This document shows, piece by piece, positions 59,521 through 64,000 of a stretch of 64,000 bases of DNA; the stretch's first letter is position 1, and every line of letters starts with the position of its first letter. A program made the position numbers and the translations under genes. Origin of the DNA: Candidatus Krumholzibacteriia bacterium (GTDB taxonomy: Bacteria > Krumholzibacteriota > Krumholzibacteriia > LZORAL124-64-63); the NCBI GenBank assembly GCA_046484865.1, contig JAWOID010000116.1:1-64000 (forward strand). Reading direction: 5' to 3'. The notes beneath the pieces were generated by a model that was given only the letters and a program-made list of their open reading frames with translations, was not told the origin of the DNA and searched no databases.

Positions 59521-59725
59521 AGGGCAGCCCGGTACCGGTGTAAAGCGGCACCGGGCCCCGCTGGACAGGGCTGCTGCGGTCTGATACCTTTTGCCACTCG
59601 CGACGCGAGAGAACGCTCCCGGTCGTCCGGCGAACGGCCTCCGTGCAGCCGCGCCGCGGCCGGCGGGACCGAGGTTCGCGGCCGCGGTCCCGAGCACCAG
59701 CAGGACCGCCATATTCCGGAATGCC

Positions 59726-61216
59726 ATGCCCCACGATCATCTGCGCCACCTTCCCGCCGTCTCCGCCCTGCTGGAGCATCCCTCCGTGGCGCCGCACCTG
59801 CTCGGCCGCCGGCGCGAGTGGGTCACCCGCCTGGCTCAGCGCGTGGTGAGCGAGTTGCGCGACGCCCTGTTGCGCGGCGATCCCGCGCCCGCACCGGACA
59901 AGCCCGGCATGCTCGCTCTGGCCGTGCAACGGCTGCTGGAACGGCGGGAGCGCGTGCTGCGGCCCACGCTCACCCGGGTGATCAACGGTACGGGCGTGGT
60001 GGTGCACACGAATCTCGGGCGCTCGAACTGGCCGGATCTCGCCGTGCGCTGGGCCGAGCAGGCGGCCCGCCACCCCAGCGATCTCGAGTACGTCCTGGCG
60101 AGCGGCACGCGGGGGCACCGCGGCCGCAAGGTGGAGGAGAAGGCCGCGCTGCTCACCGGGGCCGAGGACGCCCTGATCGTCAACAACAACGCGGCTGCCG
60201 TGTGGCTGGCGGCGCGGCACTGCACCGGGCTGGGCGCGCCGCCGGACGGCCGCGGGCGCCTGATCCTCTCGCGCGGTGAGATCGTTGCCATCGGCGGCAG
60301 CTTCCGCATGCACGAGCTCCTGGCCGAGACGCACTGCGAGCTGGTCGAGGTGGGCACCACCAACCGCACGAGCCTGCAGGATTACGTCGAGGCCATGACT
60401 CCGGGCGCCACGGTGATGAAGGTGCACCGCAGCAACTTCTCGCTGGAGGGGTTCACCGAGGAGGTGGCGCTGGGCGAACTGGCGCGACCTTGCCGGGAAC
60501 ACGGCTGTCGACTGGTGTACGATGCGGGCAGCGGGGCGCTCTTCCCGTTCGAGGCTCTCGGCTTGCCGGCCGAGGAGGGCAGCCTGGCCGCCGACGTGGC
60601 CGCAGGCGCCGACCTGGTCACCTGCAGCGGCGACAAGCTGCTGGGCGGCTGTCAGGCGGGTCTCGTCCTCGGACGTGCCTCCCTCGTGAACGGGCTGCGG
60701 CAGCATCCCATGCGTCGCGCCTTCCGGGTGGACAAGACGACCCTGGCCGCCCTCGACGCCGTGCTGACCATCTACCTGTCCGCGGAGGCCCTGCCGGGCA
60801 TCCCGACCCTGGAACTGCTGGCCCAGGCCGGTCCCCTCCTCGCCGCGCGGGCCGACCGGCTGGCCGGACTGCTGCGCGATCATGCCCCCGCCGGCTGGAA
60901 CTGCCGCGTGCGGGAGAGCTCGGCCAGCGTGGGCGGGGGCTCCTTCTCCACCGTGCAGGTGCCGTCGCGGGAACTGCTGTGGGCAGGCCCCGAGCACGAA
61001 CTGGAGCGGATCCACGCCGCGCTGCGCCGGCAGGATCCCGCCGTCGTCGGACGCAAGAACCAGGAAGGGCTCGCCGTGGACCTGCGCACCATCGCCGACG
61101 ATGAGATCACCATGGTGGCGGAGGCTTTCCGCCAGGCCTGGAACGGTCTGTTGGAACGCCGCCGAGGGGACGAGGGATCCACAACCGAGGACGGCAGGGA
61201 TGAATCCGCGACATGA
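59726..61216 (+). CDS. selA: L-seryl-tRNA(Sec) selenium transferase
   Basis: VINGTGVVVHTNLGR, VNNNAAA, IGGSFR, EVGTTNRT, KVHRSNF, SGDKLLGG and R.DK motifs. Confidence 0.93.
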   Translation: MPHDHLRHLPAVSALLEHPSVAPHLLGRRREWVTRLAQRVVSELRDALLRGDPAPAPDKPGMLALAVQRLLERRERVLRPTLTRVINGTGVVVHTNLGRSNWPDLAVRWAEQAARHPSDLEYVLASGTRGHRGRKVEEKAALLTGAEDALIVNNNAAAVWLAARHCTGLGAPPDGRGRLILSRGEIVAIGGSFRMHELLAETHCELVEVGTTNRTSLQDYVEAMTPGATVMKVHRSNFSLEGFTEEVALGELARPCREHGCRLVYDAGSGALFPFEALGLPAEEGSLAADVAAGADLVTCSGDKLLGGCQAGLVLGRASLVNGLRQHPMRRAFRVDKTTLAALDAVLTIYLSAEALPGIPTLELLAQAGPLLAARADRLAGLLRDHAPAGWNCRVRESSASVGGGSFSTVQVPSRELLWAGPEHELERIHAALRRQDPAVVGRKNQEGLAVDLRTIADDEITMVAEAFRQAWNGLLERRRGDEGSTTEDGRDESAT

Positions 61217-62969
61217 CCGTGGCGCTGACCGGACGCCCGAGTCCGGCCCCGGGGACGAACTGGCCGGTCGGTCCGTGCTGCCCGCGGGCCTCGACGCGGC
61301 CGAACTCGACCTGCGCGGAGGCCAGGGCTTCTGGGACGAGGTGCAGCGGATCACCGGCGAGACGGAACTGGGCGAGCACCTGGACACGGCCATGGGCGGC
61401 CACCCGGCGCCGCGGATCTGGGCCGTGATGGCCGAGCCGGAGGGCAAGGCGGCCGCCGCCGCCGCTGGGCTCGCGCTCACCCGTGCGCTGGCGGCGCGCG
61501 GGCAGGCGGTGATCCTGATCGACGCCGACGATCACCAGCCCGATCTGACCCGCTGGAGCGGCCGGTTCGAACTGGAGGGATGGGTCGATCTGGTGCGCTA
61601 CGGCGCTTCCATCCTCACCACCAGCATTCCGCTGGAGTTCCCGGGCAAGAAGAGCATCTTCATGGGCGTCGGTTCGTTCGTTCCCGCCCAGGCGGGCGAG
61701 GACGAGGTGGGCGACCTTTTGGCGCGCCTGCGCCGGCAGGCGGACGACCTGATCCTGGTGCTGCCCGCCGACGAGAACGGCGCCGTGTGGGCACGACGGG
61801 CGCCGATCCGGCTGCTCACGTGGGATCGGCTGGCGCGGTCGCGTGAGGCGACCGCGGCGCTGGTCGAGAGGCTCGACGAACTCGGTGCCGCTCCCACCTC
61901 GCTGGTGGCCTTCGGCCCACCCGAGGCGGCCGCAGCCACCGGCGCGGCGGCTGCGCCGGGAGCCGGCGGTCCTCCCGAGGGAGCGGAGGACACCGTGGCG
62001 ACCCTGCCGCCGGGCACTCCGGTGCCTGGCACCCCGGTGTTCGACACGCCGCCGGGAACGTCGGCCGTGCCCGCGACCTCGCCGTCCGGCGAGCCGTCGC
62101 CGCAGATCGTCGACCCGGCGGCCCGTGAGGACCGGCGGATCCCGTCCGGCGCGGAGCGGGGCGCGACGCCCGGCCCCCGTTCTCCCGAGCCCGAACCCGA
62201 GCCCGCCACCGAGACGGTGGTCGCCGGGGTCACGCCCGCCGGACCCCTGAGCACCGGCGGAGCCTGGTCGTCCGGCGGTCGCCCCCGTCCGGCACGGCGG
62301 ACGTCCGGACTGTTCTGGGGCCTGGCGGCGGTGCTGGTGCTGGCGATCGTGGCGGCGGCGGCCTACTACCTGGCGGCGGTGCGGGGTCCCGATCCCGACA
62401 CTCTGCCCGGCGACCGGTTCGCCGGCGTCACGGAGGATCGGCCCGGGCAGGCCCGGGAAGCGGAGCCGCTGCAGGATGCGGATCGACCGCTGACGGAGTC
62501 GAGTCGGCCGCTACCGGTCGCGGGTCGGTCGTTGCCCGACCGCGAACCACCGGCAGGCGCTGCCGACCTGGAGCCGGGCGGCGAGGATCTGCTCGTCGAG
62601 AGCGCCGTCGATGCCGGCCGTCGCGACCTGGAATCGGGCGCGGCCGACCTGCGGGAACCCGTCGCCGAGCCCCTGCCGCCGCCGGTGCGCAGCCTGGGCT
62701 CCGATCCTGCCTTCGCCGGTCCGGTGGGCGAGGACGGCTGGGCGCTCTGGCTCTACTCGCATCCCGATAGCGCCGCGGCCGCCGCCGAGGTCCGCGAGCT
62801 CGAGCGGAGGGGGCTGCGGGCGGTGTACCGCCCGGTGCAGCTGGCTGAACGTGGTCGCTGGTACCGGGTCTACATGGGCAGTTTCGCCTCCCGCGAGGAA
62901 GCCGTGGCCGCGCTGCCGCGGGTGCGGGAGGCGCTTGGACAGGACTGGGTCCAGCCGGCGCGCTTCTAG
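61200..62969 (+). CDS. SPOR-domain membrane protein with degenerate P-loop-like N-domain
   Basis: C-terminal WYRVYMGSFASREEA (SPOR), a single TM, a Pro-rich linker and N-terminal EGK...VILIDAD. Confidence 0.72.
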   Translation: MNPRHDRGADRTPESGPGDELAGRSVLPAGLDAAELDLRGGQGFWDEVQRITGETELGEHLDTAMGGHPAPRIWAVMAEPEGKAAAAAAGLALTRALAARGQAVILIDADDHQPDLTRWSGRFELEGWVDLVRYGASILTTSIPLEFPGKKSIFMGVGSFVPAQAGEDEVGDLLARLRRQADDLILVLPADENGAVWARRAPIRLLTWDRLARSREATAALVERLDELGAAPTSLVAFGPPEAAAATGAAAAPGAGGPPEGAEDTVATLPPGTPVPGTPVFDTPPGTSAVPATSPSGEPSPQIVDPAAREDRRIPSGAERGATPGPRSPEPEPEPATETVVAGVTPAGPLSTGGAWSSGGRPRPARRTSGLFWGLAAVLVLAIVAAAAYYLAAVRGPDPDTLPGDRFAGVTEDRPGQAREAEPLQDADRPLTESSRPLPVAGRSLPDREPPAGAADLEPGGEDLLVESAVDAGRRDLESGAADLREPVAEPLPPPVRSLGSDPAFAGPVGEDGWALWLYSHPDSAAAAAEVRELERRGLRAVYRPVQLAERGRWYRVYMGSFASREEAVAALPRVREALGQDWVQPARF

Positions 62970-63091
62970 CGTCGGCCCGGACCGCCGGAACGACCGCACG
63001 GCGCACGACCAGGCGCCGCGGTCGCGTACCCGCGGGTCGGCGCGCCGGAAAGCCGCCCGACCGTCATCGCCTGGAGCAGGAAGGAACCCGC

Positions 63092-64000
63092 GTGAAACTC
63101 AGGCGCATCGAGCTGCAGGGCTTCAAGTCGTTCGTCGACCGGACGGTGCTGAGGTTCGACGAGGGGATCACCGCCATCCTCGGACCCAACGGCTGCGGCA
63201 AGTCCAACGTCGTGGACGCGATCCGGTGGGTGCTGGGCGAGCAGTCGGCCAAGTCGCTGCGCGGCGATCGCATGGACGACGTCATCTTCAAGGGCACCAC
63301 CAAGCGCAAGCCGGTGGGGATGGCCGAGGTGACCATCACCTTCACCAACGACGACCGGCGTCTTCCCATCGACTTCGACGAGGTGTCCATCTGCCGGCGC
63401 GTCACTCGCGACAATACCAGCGACTACTATCTCAACGGTACGGCCTGCCGGCTGAAGGACCTGCGCGACCTCTTCTACGACAGCGGCGTGAACAACACGT
63501 CCTACTCGATCATCGAGGAATCGATGATCAAGCAGATCCTCAACGAGAACAACCAGGAGCTGCGCCACCTGCTGGAGGAAGGCTCCGGCATCACCAAATA
63601 CAAGGCCCGCCGCAAGGAGACCCAGCGCAAGCTCGACCGCACGCAGCAGGATCTGCTGCGCCTGAACGACATCGTCGAGGAGATCGGGCGCGAGGTGCGC
63701 GCCCTGCAGCGGCAGGTGGGCAAGGCCCGCAGGCACCAGCGTCTGCGACGAGAGATCCGCGCGCTCGATCTGCTGCTGGCCGCGCGCCAGCACCGGGAAC
63801 TGGACGAGCACGAGCGGACCCAGCAGGAGCGGATGCAGGAACTGCGGACGCTCGCGGAGACGGACACCGGCGAGCTGGCGGAACTGCGCGCGCGCATCGA
63901 GGCCACCCGGCCCGATCTGGACGAGCGCGAGGCCGAACGCCGCCAGCTGGAGGAGGCTCTGCAGGCCTTCGAGGAGGAGCTGCAGGAGGTGGAGCGCAAG
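63092..64000 (+). CDS. smc: Chromosome segregation protein SMC (partial, runs off the window)
   Basis: Manual translation from GTG: MKLRRIELQGFKSF...GPNGCGKSNVVDAIRWVLGEQSAKSLRG..., followed by coiled coil. Confidence 0.95.
   Translation, partial: MKLRRIELQGFKSFVDRTVLRFDEGITAILGPNGCGKSNVVDAIRWVLGEQSAKSLRGDRMDDVIFKGTTKRKPVGMAEVTITFTNDDRRLPIDFDEVSICRRVTRDNTSDYYLNGTACRLKDLRDLFYDSGVNNTSYSIIEESMIKQILNENNQELRHLLEEGSGITKYKARRKETQRKLDRTQQDLLRLNDIVEEIGREVRALQRQVGKARRHQRLRREIRALDLLLAARQHRELDEHERTQQERMQELRTLAETDTGELAELRARIEATRPDLDEREAERRQLEEALQAFEEELQEVERK

Noticed and set aside
59726..64000. Selenoprotein (in-frame TGA) near selA
   Set aside because: The recognised genes end at expected family lengths; no TGA at a Cys-equivalent position was seen.

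Overview
High-GC bacterial core-chromosome window. The lineage is inferred to be a diderm FCB-group organism (Latescibacterota/Krumholzibacteriota-like), from the FG-GAP protein with a 'PNPFNP' C-terminal domain, the outer-membrane barrels and mglBA. It holds about 54 CDSs, 8 tRNAs (all four Ser isoacceptors, Arg-ACG, Ala-CGC, Glu-TTC, Gln-TTG) and an SRP RNA. Housekeeping blocks are tadA-tRNAs-ffs-dnaX-ebfC-recR-mglBA, pgpA-cinA-thpR-recA-recX, rfbD-gmhA-wcaJ-like-ubiA-like-DUF362-ispE-spoVG-tRNAGln-prs-rplY-pth-rpsF-rpsR-DUF2232-rplI, and selA-SPOR-smc (smc truncated by the window end). No mobile element, prophage or CRISPR array was seen. The standout is a 56-aa gene at 6415-6585, missing from the ORF track, that has its own candidate promoter, RBS and terminator and encodes a minimal prokaryotic histone-fold protein (RKTVxxxD C-terminus, DUF1931/face-to-face-like). 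Also notable: a circularly permuted SpoIVB-like protease paired with a secreted beta-propeller protein, a pseudo-P-loop/TM/SPOR protein lying near a double-domain amidase with one apparently dead domain, and an SRP RNA with an apparently extended helix. All product calls are from motif recognition by eye; no database searches were run.
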